Source: a virus
DNA length: 64,000 nucleotides
Reading direction: 5' to 3' (one strand)
IMG/VR virus record: IMGVR_UViG_3300010397_000003
Span: 13,299-77,298 of that record
Each line of letters opens with the position of its first letter. The stretch's first letter is position 1. Of this stretch, positions 8,632-17,665 are shown piece by piece. The translations under genes and the position numbers were made by a program. The notes below the pieces were generated by a model. The model was not told where the DNA came from. It saw only the letters and a list, made by a program, of their open reading frames with translations, and ran no database searches.

Positions 8632-8814
8632 CTACGCAGCTGACACTTGCTTAATCGCGCCCTGAACATCTGGCGATTCATCGATCAGCTTCTTGATAAC
8701 TTTTGAAACGGATCGGTCGTCAGCTTTGGCTACGAGCTTGAGGGCTTCCGCCGTGACGGGCGTAACCATCGCTCCCACGAGCACTAAATCTGTTTTTTTC
8801 TTTTTCTTAGCCAT
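8632..8814 (-). CDS. Ribbon-helix-helix-like regulator (Cro/Arc-like role)
   Basis: LVGAMVTP...EALK.VA..DDRSVS.VI..LI; first gene of the leftward arm. Confidence 0.7.
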   Translation of the reverse strand: MAKKKKKTDLVLVGAMVTPVTAEALKLVAKADDRSVSKVIKKLIDESPDVQGAIKQVSAA

Positions 8815-8821
8815 CGGCCTA

Positions 8822-8851
8822 AGAATAACCTTAAAGGTTTTTGAAAGTCAA
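8822..8851 (-). promoter_or_regulatory. Sigma70-type leftward promoter with operator-like palindrome
   Basis: TTGACT-18-TATTCT, ATG 7 nt downstream; AACCTTAAAGGTT palindrome at 8827-8839. Confidence 0.65.
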
Positions 8852-8896
8852 TAGAAATTATTTAGGAAGATAAATCTAGCAGAGGAGTCTTAAGAG

Positions 8897-9124
8897 ATGG
8901 TAAAAAAGCGCGTGCCTAAGGAGAACCGCGATGCCAAAATGATCGGGTTTCTCGCTACGCCTACCCTTCGTGCGGAATTAGAGCGGATAGCCGAGTATGA
9001 AGAACGCTCCCTCAGCTATGTTTGCTTTGCATTGGTTCAAAAAGGACTGGACACATACCAGCAGGATCATGATCTGCGCAGCCCTCGCAACCTTCCCGCG
9101 CGTAAAAGTAAGAACAGTCCATAA
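8897..9124 (+). CDS. Ribbon-helix-helix-like repressor
   Basis: MIGFLATP.LRAELERIA..EERSLS.V...LV; divergent from 8632-8814; RBS GAGGAG. Confidence 0.7.
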   Translation: MVKKRVPKENRDAKMIGFLATPTLRAELERIAEYEERSLSYVCFALVQKGLDTYQQDHDLRSPRNLPARKSKNSP

Positions 9125-9178
9125 TTGTCCCCGTTTGACCGCCCCGGCATCCATCTAATTTTGGGAGGTTCCGCCAAA

Positions 9179-9385
9179 ATGGAACGCATTGATCTTATTG
9201 ACCGCCTTCTCCCCGCACCCTCGCACACCCTTGTCGTGGAAACCCCAAAAGGGGAACTGATCCTGGTATCCACAGAGCGAAAACCTAAGCGCGGAGATAC
9301 GGTCTTCGTGGATGAGGCTTTTAAGAAGTATCGCAGAGGAGCGGCCATCACTGGCGTTGCCTACTGCGTGATCTCCTTCCTCTAA
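9179..9385 (+). CDS. Truncated UmuD/LexA (peptidase S24)-like protein lacking the catalytic Ser segment
   Basis: IDL...L...PSHTLVV, GELILV......KRGD.V, F.K.Y, ITGV..CVI follow the UmuD pattern, but GDSM is absent; RBS GGAGG. Confidence 0.55.
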   Translation: MERIDLIDRLLPAPSHTLVVETPKGELILVSTERKPKRGDTVFVDEAFKKYRRGAAITGVAYCVISFL

Positions 9386-9422
9386 AAACCGCCTAGTTTT
9401 AGCCCCATTAAATTTAAGTGCG

Positions 9423-9459
9423 AAAAGTCTTGACTTTTGTCTTAAAGGTTCTTTAGAAT
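9423..9459 (+). promoter_or_regulatory. Sigma70-type rightward promoter
   Basis: TTGACT-18-TAGAAT; contains CTTAAAGGTT shared with the 8827-8839 palindrome and an AAAAGTC-TT-GACTTTT palindrome over the -35. Confidence 0.65.
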
Positions 9460-9471
9460 GCTTCAAAGCCC

Positions 9472-9972
9472 ATGAAGCACCTATACATCGGAATGCAAGA
9501 ACAGCGGCGGGTGAGGGACTTTTTGTTTCGCCACCTGCACCTGCTCGGACGCGACGAGCAAAACATTCTTGTTCTGAGGTATGGCGTGATCAAGGTGGGG
9601 CGTGTTGGCTGGGGCGAGGTGGCGGCGCTTTTGGGCATTCAGCCTGTTGAACGTGTCCATCAACACCACGCCGCCGCGCTTAAGAAAATCGTAAGACTTT
9701 CCCGCGAAGATATTCCGCCGTCGCTGCGTTGGGACTCAGAAAACGAATATGCGCAGCAAAAGCGTCGCGCCCGTAGACTGCTCATCGCTGCCATTAATAC
9801 AGGACGAGTAGAGCGAAAACCGTGTGAAAAGTGCGGCAATCCCAAGTCTGAGGGCCACCACCCTGACTATTCCAAAGCCTTAGAAGTTGTCTGGCTATGC
9901 CATGCCGATCACGCGGTCGAACACGCAAGGTTGCGGAATAAGTTAAAGCAGTCACAACTCAAAGCAGCCTAG
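9472..9972 (+). CDS. Sigma70 region-4-like HTH fused to an HNH-like zinc domain
   Basis: L...EQ.ILVLRYG.....EVA.LLGI...RV.Q....AL.K, then CEKCG....EGHHPDYSK.L.V.WLC...H. Confidence 0.6.
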   Translation: MKHLYIGMQEQRRVRDFLFRHLHLLGRDEQNILVLRYGVIKVGRVGWGEVAALLGIQPVERVHQHHAAALKKIVRLSREDIPPSLRWDSENEYAQQKRRARRLLIAAINTGRVERKPCEKCGNPKSEGHHPDYSKALEVVWLCHADHAVEHARLRNKLKQSQLKAA

Positions 9973-9983
9973 AGGGAACATTC

Positions 9984-10526
9984 ATGCCAAACACCGAAGC
10001 AGCCACCATAAGAGATCAAGACCAGCCAAAGCCGCTGACTGATATTGCTATAGGAGATCGGGTCTGGGTGAGCGATCGCTATTCACGCGGGCGCGGTGAT
10101 CTTCATACGGTTATTCATCTGACTCCGACTCAAGTTCACCTTGACGGCTACAAAAACAAGTTCAAGCGCGGCACTCCGTCGCGCTGGTCAAAAGAGCCTG
10201 ACTGGTCGGGTATTAGCTTTACTCGTGGGCGCATTCTTTCTATCGCGACAGCCGATGAAGCCGCTGCGTGGGACGCAGAAGTCGAGCGCAAGAAGGCCGA
10301 CATTGAGGCGCGCAAACAAGAGGCCGCGAACGTGCAATCGAAGCGCGAAGAATTGTCGGAACTGTTCGGCGCGAAGGAAGGCAACTTTGGAATTTACGTG
10401 ACTGGCGCGTCGTTCGGCGATTCCGAGTTTCGCAAAAACAGATACGACGTGACGTTTCATAGCCTTACAGAGAGCGAAGTGCGCGACATGGCGAAACGGT
10501 TTGCGGCGCAAGAGACACAGAAATGA
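9984..10526 (+). CDS. Hypothetical protein
   Basis: 180-aa ORF with RBS, co-directional. Confidence 0.6.
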   Translation: MPNTEAATIRDQDQPKPLTDIAIGDRVWVSDRYSRGRGDLHTVIHLTPTQVHLDGYKNKFKRGTPSRWSKEPDWSGISFTRGRILSIATADEAAAWDAEVERKKADIEARKQEAANVQSKREELSELFGAKEGNFGIYVTGASFGDSEFRKNRYDVTFHSLTESEVRDMAKRFAAQETQK

Positions 10527-10696
10527 ACGCCACCCAAACACAACCCGAACCAATCAAGACCTTTATCTGTGGATGTAGAGAAGATGAACCGTGCTTCGAT
10601 CATAAACTGAAAGATTCTGAGTGTGAGACCACAGGGAGTCTTGTGGGGTTCGTTTTAATGAAGATTAGAAGCACGTAAACGTGCGAGGGGGAAGCG

Positions 10697-11407
10697 ATGA
10701 TCGAAATCAAAAACAGGTACACGGGCGCAGTCATTGTCCGCGATGGTGAGGCTGAGACGCTACGAGATGCGGTGATTCGATTCGTCGCAAACGAGCGAGC
10801 AGCGGAGCGCTCTGCCGACTTGAGCTCTGCCGACTTGCGCTCTGCCGACTTGCGCTCTGCCAACTTGCGCTCTGCCAACTTGCGCTCTGCCAACTTGCGC
10901 TCTGCCAACTTGAGCTCTGCCAACTTGCGCTATGCCGACTTGCGCTCTGCCAACTTGCGCTCTGCCAACTTGCGCTATGCCGACTTGCGCTCTGCCAACT
11001 TGCGCTCTGCCAACTTGAGCTCTGCCGACTTGAGCTCTGCCGACTTGAGCTCTGCCGACTTGCGCTCTGCCAACTTGCCATCCCCAACCGCCGTTCTGCT
11101 GGCGACGTGGGGTGATTTATCGCCGCAACTTGTCGCTGATCTAATGGTGTTCGACGCGGCTAACCATCCCAACCCTGAAGCGTTCGACGCTTGGGCCAAA
11201 GGCGGTTCGTGTCCCTATAGCGGCGTTCGCGTTCAGAGGGCCGCAAATTTCACAGAAGACGCAAGGGAGTGGGGCAAAGGCGTATCGTGTCGCCCCTATG
11301 ATTTGATGGTGCGGGTACTGGCTGAGAAGTGTCCCGAATGGTCAGAAGAGAGGATCGCGGAATTCACCAAGAGGTTTGAAGCGAGCGATAGCTCGCCACG
11401 CAACTAA
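10697..11407 (+). CDS. Pentapeptide repeat protein
   Basis: MIEIKNR.TG.VI N-terminus and about 18 A(D/N)L(R/S)(S/Y) repeats. Confidence 0.9.
   Translation: MIEIKNRYTGAVIVRDGEAETLRDAVIRFVANERAAERSADLSSADLRSADLRSANLRSANLRSANLRSANLSSANLRYADLRSANLRSANLRYADLRSANLRSANLSSADLSSADLSSADLRSANLPSPTAVLLATWGDLSPQLVADLMVFDAANHPNPEAFDAWAKGGSCPYSGVRVQRAANFTEDAREWGKGVSCRPYDLMVRVLAEKCPEWSEERIAEFTKRFEASDSSPRN
10811..11077 (+). repeat. 15-bp tandem repeat encoding the pentapeptides
   Basis: T(C/A)TGCC(G/A)ACTTG(C/A)GC, about 18 units. Confidence 0.95.
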
Positions 11408-11472
11408 GCCAAACACGGACGCCTTGAGTCGCCCTATGGCTGCACATAAAGAAAAAGATTTAGGAGCAGAAA

Positions 11473-11841
11473 ATGAATCAGGTAAATGAAGCCAAGAACC
11501 TTTCTAGCGTAACGTCTGAATCCCCAAGTCCTGCGCTGTTACCGTGTCCTTTTTGCGGCGGTCAGGCGATCGACTCAAGCGAGGCCGATGAGGTGAGCGG
11601 AACGTGTTATTGGGTCGAATGCAACTCTGGCGTTTGCGGGGGCCGAACCGATCCCTTTTTCGCAATCGAGTCAGCAATCGAAGCGTGGAACACTCGCCCC
11701 CCTGCCTCCCCTTTAATTGCTGCTGCTCCCGCGTTACTCGAAGCTGCGAAGTTCGCGCTCATTAGATTATTACAAGATTCAGGGGATGCGGACTCAATCA
11801 ACAAATTGACCGCTGCTATTACCTCAGCAGAAGGAAAGTAA
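11473..11841 (+). CDS. Lar-family restriction alleviation-like protein
   Basis: LLPCPFCGG...V.C....C......AIEAWNTR; LIAAAP.LLEA module. Confidence 0.7.
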   Translation: MNQVNEAKNLSSVTSESPSPALLPCPFCGGQAIDSSEADEVSGTCYWVECNSGVCGGRTDPFFAIESAIEAWNTRPPASPLIAAAPALLEAAKFALIRLLQDSGDADSINKLTAAITSAEGK

Positions 11842-11843
11842 CC

Positions 11844-12113
11844 ATGAGACGAGAAATCATCGGCGTATCGCAAGCTGTTAGAGCGGGAGCGCGAGTAGTA
11901 AACATCGACTTCGGGATGGACGACGAAGATCGCTGCGAACTCCGCGAAGGCGAAGATCGATGTCCGAATCGGGCAACGCGGATCGTGAAAGAACCTTATA
12001 CGCCCGCAGGGTTTCAGCAATTCGTCTGCGATGAATGCGCGAAGTCTCAGATTGATTTTGGATACATCGACGGAGGATTGATTTGTGATTCGTTGAAAGG
12101 TGGCTGCAAATGA
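11844..12113 (+). CDS. Hypothetical Cys-containing protein
   Basis: Coupled ORF. Confidence 0.5.
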   Translation: MRREIIGVSQAVRAGARVVNIDFGMDDEDRCELREGEDRCPNRATRIVKEPYTPAGFQQFVCDECAKSQIDFGYIDGGLICDSLKGGCK

Positions 12114-12307
12114 CAATTACGATCAAGTTTACGGACTCTGAGGCGCGGGTGGCCCATGCATACCTAAAGGCTCGCTACAAGTCCAAAGCGTCATTTGAGA
12201 AGCTGGCGAAGCTGGCTATCCGTACCGAAGTTGCGGCACAAGCGCGAATTGAACTCGAAAAGATTGGGACGCGCCTCAACGCCCAAAAAGAGGAAGGTCA
12301 ATCGTGA
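12110..12307 (+). CDS. Hypothetical protein
   Basis: ATGA-coupled ORF. Confidence 0.5.
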   Translation: MTITIKFTDSEARVAHAYLKARYKSKASFEKLAKLAIRTEVAAQARIELEKIGTRLNAQKEEGQS

Positions 12308-12522
12308 TAGCCGAGATAGCAGTCAGCGAAGTGAATCTAGATGTTGACTGGATTCCCTGTGAGAAGTGTCACCGCACTGGATGGCTTGACTATGAGGTTG
12401 ACTACTTTGGTCGTAAGACAGAACCAGGAAGATGTAATGCGCTAGGGTGCGAGGCGGGAATGGTGGCTCAAAGCCAAGGGCATTCAGCGACGACCGTTAA
12501 TCACAGAATGTTGGGCGCGTGA
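12304..12522 (+). CDS. Hypothetical CxxC protein; C-terminus reads into L7
   Basis: GTGA-coupled; CEKC..G...C....C. Confidence 0.5.
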   Translation: MIAEIAVSEVNLDVDWIPCEKCHRTGWLDYEVDYFGRKTEPGRCNALGCEAGMVAQSQGHSATTVNHRMLGA

Positions 12523-12942
12523 ACGCGCTAGGCAAAGAAAAGGGAAAGCATGAGCCGATACGTGTCTCCTAACAATCTCAAGCCGTCACCATTGTCTTGT
12601 GCGGCGACTTAGAAGCGATTTGGGATTGGCGTTATCAGAAAGCGACGAGAACTATGCGCTCTATGGTTGCGCAGCGGGTCGTAATCAGAAATCGGCGGGA
12701 GCGTGGGCTTGGGAGTTGTATGTGCGACAGCGCGGCGAGTGGCGACCAATGGGGATCGGTTCGTGCGACCCTGCGAGTTCGATGCGCAAGCAAAGCACTC
12801 TAACGAGTTTTACCAATCACGGGGATTGCGAGGTTTGTATCGAACAACCGCGAACAGGGAAGAAGGCAACACGAACCTAGACCGCGTAAGCGGCAACAAC
12901 CGTGACCTGTGGGGTTGAGTTTTGTTGCAGCATTAACAGAAA
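12468..12942 (+). mobile_element. Putative cassette, subfamily 2 (L7 12468-12549, variant R end 12866-12942)
   Basis: TCAAAGCCAAGGGCATTCAGCGACGACCGTTA, hairpin GCGCG-TGAA-CGCGC; R end similar to 20772-20847. Confidence 0.6.
12550..12880 (+). pseudogene. Cassette cargo, probably frameshifted near its 5' end
   Basis: The ATG at 12550 placed by L7 stops after 20 codons; the long frame (12599-12880) is offset by one base. Confidence 0.4.
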
Positions 12943-13004
12943 GATTTTCGTGTTTGTAGACAGAAAGATTTTGTTTGAGGGTTGAAGTAAGAGAGGCGGC
13001 TTAG

Positions 13005-13337
13005 ATGAAAAAGCGAATCAAGAAACTTTGGGTTGATGCGTTGCGGAGCGGTGAGTTTCAACAGTGCGAAAGGACGCTGCGTAAAGGCGGCGGTAAAAAT
13101 GTTGAGTATTGCTGTCTCGGCGTGCTTGAACAGATTCGTGTTCAAGAAACAGGCGACCGCTTTACTCGCGGTAAGGGCTCCTATGCCGGATTGCTTTCTG
13201 AGAAAACTCAAGCGTGGGCCGGATTATCGACATCCGATCCGGTGTTAATGCCGTTGCGGAAAAAGACCGCCTCGGATCTTAACGATGACGGCAAGACCTT
13301 CGCAGAAATCGCAGATCGAATCGAGAAGTATCTGTAA
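13005..13337 (+). CDS. Hypothetical phage protein (W..ALRSG...CCLGV...LND..TF.EIAD.I family)
   Basis: Motif pattern; paralogue of 3859-4284. Confidence 0.7.
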   Translation: MKKRIKKLWVDALRSGEFQQCERTLRKGGGKNVEYCCLGVLEQIRVQETGDRFTRGKGSYAGLLSEKTQAWAGLSTSDPVLMPLRKKTASDLNDDGKTFAEIADRIEKYL

Positions 13338-13533
13338 GAAACGGAGAACCAATCATGCCGCTAACACTTGATGAAGTAATCGACGCCTTAACGCTCGCTC
13401 GCGATGCGGTCAATGGCGTTGACGGACTTACGCCCGTCGATGTTTGGATGGGCGATGATGTCGCAACGATTCGAGAGATTGCTTCCGACATGAATGGCGT
13501 CTCGATTTATCTGGATGCCGATTAGGAGAACCT

Positions 13534-13779
13534 ATGAGTACGCCAGTCAAAACACTTCCATTCCCGCAACGCCAGATCGTCCCTATCGCCCCGGGGGAAT
13601 TTTCAATTCAACAACTGACCATGATCCGTGAAGCAATCCTCTGTGTCGTTGACGAAGGAAACCGAGACGGCTTGGTCTGGATGCTGGATACCGAGGACGA
13701 AGATCGAGCGAACCAGGATCGTCTCGACTTTTGTGACGCGGTGCAATCGTATTTAGTGGATCGAACGGTGAAGTTGTGA
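13534..13779 (+). CDS. Hypothetical protein
   Basis: RBS AGGAG. Confidence 0.55.
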   Translation: MSTPVKTLPFPQRQIVPIAPGEFSIQQLTMIREAILCVVDEGNRDGLVWMLDTEDEDRANQDRLDFCDAVQSYLVDRTVKL

Positions 13780-13926
13780 TCGTGGAGTGGAAGTAGACAG
13801 ATGTACGAATGCGCAACCATTGGATGCACTAATCGCGTGTCGCACCCCGACCAGTTATGCGTGACGTGTTCTGATGACGATCAGCCTTGGGACGATGACT
13901 ACGATCCTGATGATGAAGGTTGGTAG

Positions 13927-14500
13927 ATGAAGCCCAACGGAGGATCGCGGCGTTCGTTAATTCAATGATCGTGAGCCGCCTTGCGGCAAAAGGAAAAGCA
14001 AAATGAGCGAGAAATGTGAAATCGGCGCGCACTACGTTGTTGGATTCATGTTCAGCGCAGACCTTCGGTTTGTTCTATTAGTGCTAAAGAATCGTCCTGA
14101 CTGGCAGCGCGGAAAGCTTAACGGCGTTGGCGGTAAGGTTGAAGAAAACGAGTCACCGGATCAAGCGATGAGCCGTGAGTTCTTAGAAGAGGCCGCGATT
14201 GACACCGAGGACTGGCTGCGCTTCGCAACGCTTGGTGATGATCGTGGATGGATCATTCATTTCTATTACGCGAAGGGCGACATCAACAAGGCAAAAACCG
14301 TGACCGACGAATCACTGATGATGTTTCCGCTCTGGAAGGTGTCGAGTGATACGACGCTAATTCCCAACCTTACGTGGCTGATTCCAATGGCTCTAAGTAT
14401 GCAGAAAGAGCGCTGCGATTACTTTCAAATTACCGAGCAGCAAATATTTGAGCCACGAACGCAGGATTAACTGACGCCGCCGAATGCCCTTTGGTTGCAG
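13927..14500 (+). mobile_element. Putative cassette (L5 13927-14002, R4 14449-14500)
   Basis: ATGAAGCCCAACGGAGGATCGCGGCGTTCGTTA, hairpin GCCGC-CTT-GCGGC; TGAGCCACGAAC...CTGACGCCGCCGAATGCCCTTTGGTTGCAG. Confidence 0.7.
14003..14470 (+). CDS. NUDIX hydrolase
   Basis: GGKVEENESPDQAMSREFLEEA Nudix box. Confidence 0.9.
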   Translation: MSEKCEIGAHYVVGFMFSADLRFVLLVLKNRPDWQRGKLNGVGGKVEENESPDQAMSREFLEEAAIDTEDWLRFATLGDDRGWIIHFYYAKGDINKAKTVTDESLMMFPLWKVSSDTTLIPNLTWLIPMALSMQKERCDYFQITEQQIFEPRTQD

Positions 14501-14509
14501 AAAAAGAAA

Positions 14510-14860
14510 ATGCCGAAACGAATTCAACGGAGCCGCAAGAAGGGATCGCGATTGCCCTACGGGACAGTTTGCCTAACGCGGCCCGGCCCCTATGGAAATC
14601 CTTTCAGAGTTGGGATGTGGTTTCGCAAGATCACCTCGGACTGGAAAGTGTGGACAAGGGGTAACAGTCCTGCGTTTGGCAATCAGCAAGTTCGCGATTT
14701 AGAGCATTCGCTGGAATTGTTTGACGAGTACGCAGAATGTCGTATCAAGTGGCAGCCTGATTGGCTCAACCCGATTCTCGACAAAGACTTCTGGGCGTGC
14801 TGGTGCCCGCTCACTTCCAAGTGCCACGTTGACACTTACCTCAGACTGGCGAACCAATGA
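14510..14860 (+). CDS. DUF4326-like protein
   Basis: MPKRIQR.R.KG, V...RP..YGNPF, ACWCP....CH.D motifs. Confidence 0.8.
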   Translation: MPKRIQRSRKKGSRLPYGTVCLTRPGPYGNPFRVGMWFRKITSDWKVWTRGNSPAFGNQQVRDLEHSLELFDEYAECRIKWQPDWLNPILDKDFWACWCPLTSKCHVDTYLRLANQ

Positions 14861-15420
14861 AACGATCACCCATAGGCCCAAAGACGTTTGCAGAAGCCCT
14901 AGAGAAGCGTCTAGCGCAGCCTCAGAAGCCGCGTAAGCGTGGTTATGAATGGAAACGTCCGCGCAAAGCTCTGGACTTCAAGGGAAGAAAGCGTCTCACG
15001 TCACGCCGGCCGAACAAGGGCAAGACTGTAGATGGCGATTCGCCTAGGGCGATCAAGGACGAATGCGATCAACTTGTGCGGGACATTATCGCGTTGCGTG
15101 ATTGTTCCTGTGTCACATGCAACCGAGGGGATCGAGTACTTCATGTGGGCCACTTGTTCAGGCGCGGCCTTGAATCTGTCCGCTGGAATCTCTTGAACTG
15201 TAACGCGCAGTGCGACCCATGCAACGTGATTCATGAAACAGAACCGCTTCACTATCAAATGTGGTTCAGATTCGTTTACGGCAACGTAGCTTATGACGTG
15301 TTGGAAATCGCAAGCCGAAGCAAGCACAAATTCAAGTACATCGAACTAGGCGAGATCCGCGACGGGTTGCGAGCGGAACTGAAGCGATACGAAGCAGCGC
15401 AGAAAGCGAGAGCAGCATAG
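14857..15420 (+). CDS. ninG: NinG/Rap-family recombination endonuclease
   Basis: I.LRD..CVTC....H.GH..RR....RW...NC.AQC..CN. Confidence 0.8.
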   Translation: MKRSPIGPKTFAEALEKRLAQPQKPRKRGYEWKRPRKALDFKGRKRLTSRRPNKGKTVDGDSPRAIKDECDQLVRDIIALRDCSCVTCNRGDRVLHVGHLFRRGLESVRWNLLNCNAQCDPCNVIHETEPLHYQMWFRFVYGNVAYDVLEIASRSKHKFKYIELGEIRDGLRAELKRYEAAQKARAA

Positions 15421-15780
15421 ATGGATAGAGATATCGTCAACACACACGATCAGTTGCGCGCGGCCGGTGGCGGGGTTGCTATCGTCCCGACATATACAGG
15501 CACTCGAACTCAATATCCCTACGGTTGGGGTATCTATCGAATGGGTGCCGACGGAAAACAGATCGTCACTGATTCAAAAGCGCATTGGGCTGATTACGGC
15601 AAGAAGATATTCTCGCACAACAGGCACAAAGGGACGCCCGCCGAATGTAAGCGGCTATCGCTTGAAGAAGCAAAGCGGTGGGTTGCCGAGCAGGGATGGT
15701 ATGACGGCGAATGGAAACGCAACCGAATGCGCGACTATGTTCCGGCTGAAATTAACAAGAGGTTTCCACTTTCCAAATGA
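15421..15780 (+). CDS. Hypothetical protein
   Basis: Abuts the ninG stop. Confidence 0.55.
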   Translation: MDRDIVNTHDQLRAAGGGVAIVPTYTGTRTQYPYGWGIYRMGADGKQIVTDSKAHWADYGKKIFSHNRHKGTPAECKRLSLEEAKRWVAEQGWYDGEWKRNRMRDYVPAEINKRFPLSK

Positions 15781-15846
15781 CGGCAGTTTGCAGCGCGTGT
15801 TACCGGCGGAACTCGCTGTTTCGAGTCCCAACCGAAAAGAAACGAA

Positions 15847-15909
15847 GCGAACGGAAGTGAGCCGGACAAGTGAGATCGACTGACGCCCGTGAATGCCCTT
15901 GGGTTTCAA
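15847..15909 (+). repeat. Cassette R end (R5), followed by a partial L end at 15940-15968
   Basis: GCGAACGGAAGTGAGCC...CTGACGCCCGTGAATGCCCTTGGGTTTCAA. Confidence 0.7.
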
Positions 15910-16068
15910 AACAGAAAATGATTTGCGCAGATTTGAATGTTGAAGCCACGGAAGACTTAGGGGATGAAATGAAAAACTTAGACTTTGCGATTTTCTTTGT
16001 TGGTTCGATTTGGGCGATCGCTTGGGCTATTGTCCGCGTCGTTCAGACTCGAAGCAAGATGTAGGGGA

Positions 16069-16570
16069 TCGAAACCAAAGGGAGTCTAACGACGCCCGTA
16101 TCTTGAAAGTTTGTGGGCCGCTCTGCGGCGAGGGGAGAAGATGGCGCTAGATTGCAAAACTGTTTATTACGACGGCGGCAGCATGGTCGTTGGCTGTGGT
16201 TCGCAGCCTTGCAAATGCGGACATCTAGCCGCGTTGTTTGAAGAGGATCATGAGGCGATCTTCGCCGAACTGGAAGCGGAACTAGCGAAGCCGTTACCCG
16301 CTGATTACGTGCCAAGTGGCCAAGAGTGGTGGGACTGAATGGCGACCAAAACACCCAAACATCTCAAGCTATCGAAAACAATGCTGGCGCAGATTGCCGC
16401 CTATGCTCAGGACTGCGAAGAGGCCGGATGGTACTACGGAAATAGGGCCGAGTTCTGGAAACGCCACAAGGCGATTAAGGCGTGGCTCAAGCAGGAAATC
16501 TCCGCGCGAGCGAAAAGCTCGCCACGAATCCACGCTAAAACGGACGCCGTGATCGGCCCTATGGCTTCGA
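16069..16570 (+). mobile_element. Putative two-gene cassette (L6 16069-16140, R6 16506-16570)
   Basis: GATCGAAACCAAAGGGAGTCTAACGACGCCCGT vs GATCGAAGCCATAGGGCCGATCACGGCGTCCGT; hairpin GCCGC-TCT-GCGGC. Confidence 0.7.
16141..16338 (+). CDS. Hypothetical cassette cargo protein
   Basis: ATG directly after the L6 RBS. Confidence 0.55.
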   Translation: MALDCKTVYYDGGSMVVGCGSQPCKCGHLAALFEEDHEAIFAELEAELAKPLPADYVPSGQEWWD

Positions 16571-16581
16571 TCAAAGAATGA
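16339..16581 (+). CDS. Hypothetical cassette cargo protein; reads through R6
   Basis: Abuts the previous stop; tail encoded by the R end. Confidence 0.55.
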   Translation: MATKTPKHLKLSKTMLAQIAAYAQDCEEAGWYYGNRAEFWKRHKAIKAWLKQEISARAKSSPRIHAKTDAVIGPMASIKE

Positions 16582-16614
16582 TTTGAGGAATGATTTGAGA
16601 GGAGAGCTAAGAGA

Positions 16615-16842
16615 ATGGCTGAGATTCAACTTACAGTGACGGAACATGATGCCATTCGGCAACTTCAAGCCCTAGCGCAAGCGTGGCCGTCATCACTGTG
16701 GCTATTCTCCGCAAGCGGCTCGCTTCATGTTATGCGCAAAGTGAACGGCAAGCGAATGATGAACAAGCATGATGGCGGGATCGACGCCGATTACGTGGTT
16801 GAGACAATCAAAGGCATCGACAACGACGGAGGTGACTGGTAG
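16615..16842 (+). CDS. Hypothetical phage protein ending DGGDW
   Basis: WP.SLWLFSASG.L.VM...I.NDGGDW. Confidence 0.65.
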   Translation: MAEIQLTVTEHDAIRQLQALAQAWPSSLWLFSASGSLHVMRKVNGKRMMNKHDGGIDADYVVETIKGIDNDGGDW

Positions 16843-16844
16843 CA

Positions 16845-17192
16845 ATGCCTGACAAATCCACCACAGATAAAGACCGCAAACGAGCCGAGACGCAAATACG
16901 TGTAGCAGCCGCAGAAATGTACGACTTGTTGCCGCTTGGTGTCTACGAACGTGTAATCAAGCGCATGGCTGAGGCCGCCACTACCTTTGCATCTGAAGTA
17001 CGAGCAGAACAAAAGATTCCGTCGTGCGCAATCTGCGGCGGCGGTCGCGTGTCGATTCGTGGTCGATTCCCACGCGATCCACAACGCGAGGTCTGCCCGA
17101 CCTGCGTCACTGAGAGGCTTGAGCAGATTCACGAAATCGCAAGCATGGAATATGGTGCTGCCGCTGCGATTCGTAACGAGGTAGAACCATGA
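16845..17192 (+). CDS. Hypothetical zinc-finger protein
   Basis: CAIC...CPTC. Confidence 0.55.
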   Translation: MPDKSTTDKDRKRAETQIRVAAAEMYDLLPLGVYERVIKRMAEAATTFASEVRAEQKIPSCAICGGGRVSIRGRFPRDPQREVCPTCVTERLEQIHEIASMEYGAAAAIRNEVEP

Positions 17193-17665
17193 CAGTAAAA
17201 CAAGTTCCAGCGAAGTACCAAGCATCGGACGGCGTAGAGTTCGACAACGAAGAGGAAGCCAAACTTCATGACGAACTGATTACGGCGCGGAAAGAATACG
17301 ATGAGGCCCGAGGCAAGTTCAGCCGCGCCGTGGCTGCAACTCAAAAGACGGCGGACGGGGAGCTGTTCGATTTTAGAGGTGGCGAGTTTTGGTACGTCAC
17401 CGACTATTACAATCAAGAGCCGCGGTTGAAGCGCGTTTACTTTCTCGGTTGGAATTTTGAGGTAACCGAGTACGGCGACCGCGTTGAAATTAGCCAGGAC
17501 GAAACGGACGGTAACAACCGTCAACAGCGTCACTCCTACCCGATAAACAAACTCTACACAACTAAACGACGAGCATCTGAGGCGCTTGTTGGCGCTCTTG
17601 AATCGTGGGCAAACGAAGTGCGTCGGACTGTTACCGAAACACAGGACGAATTGAGACGATCATGA
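17189..17665 (+). CDS. Hypothetical protein
   Basis: Y.ASDG.EF....EA..H N-terminus; ATGA coupling. Confidence 0.6.
   Translation: MTVKQVPAKYQASDGVEFDNEEEAKLHDELITARKEYDEARGKFSRAVAATQKTADGELFDFRGGEFWYVTDYYNQEPRLKRVYFLGWNFEVTEYGDRVEISQDETDGNNRQQRHSYPINKLYTTKRRASEALVGALESWANEVRRTVTETQDELRRS

Larger units (their letters stand above)
10623..11445 (+). mobile_element. Putative cassette (L3 10623-10696, R3 11381-11445)
   Basis: GTGAGACCACAGGGAGTCTTGTGGGGTTCGTTT and hairpin GCACG-TAAA-CGTGC upstream; GCGAGCGATAGCTCGCCACG...CGGACGCCTTGAGTCGCCCTATGGCTGCAC downstream. Confidence 0.7.
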
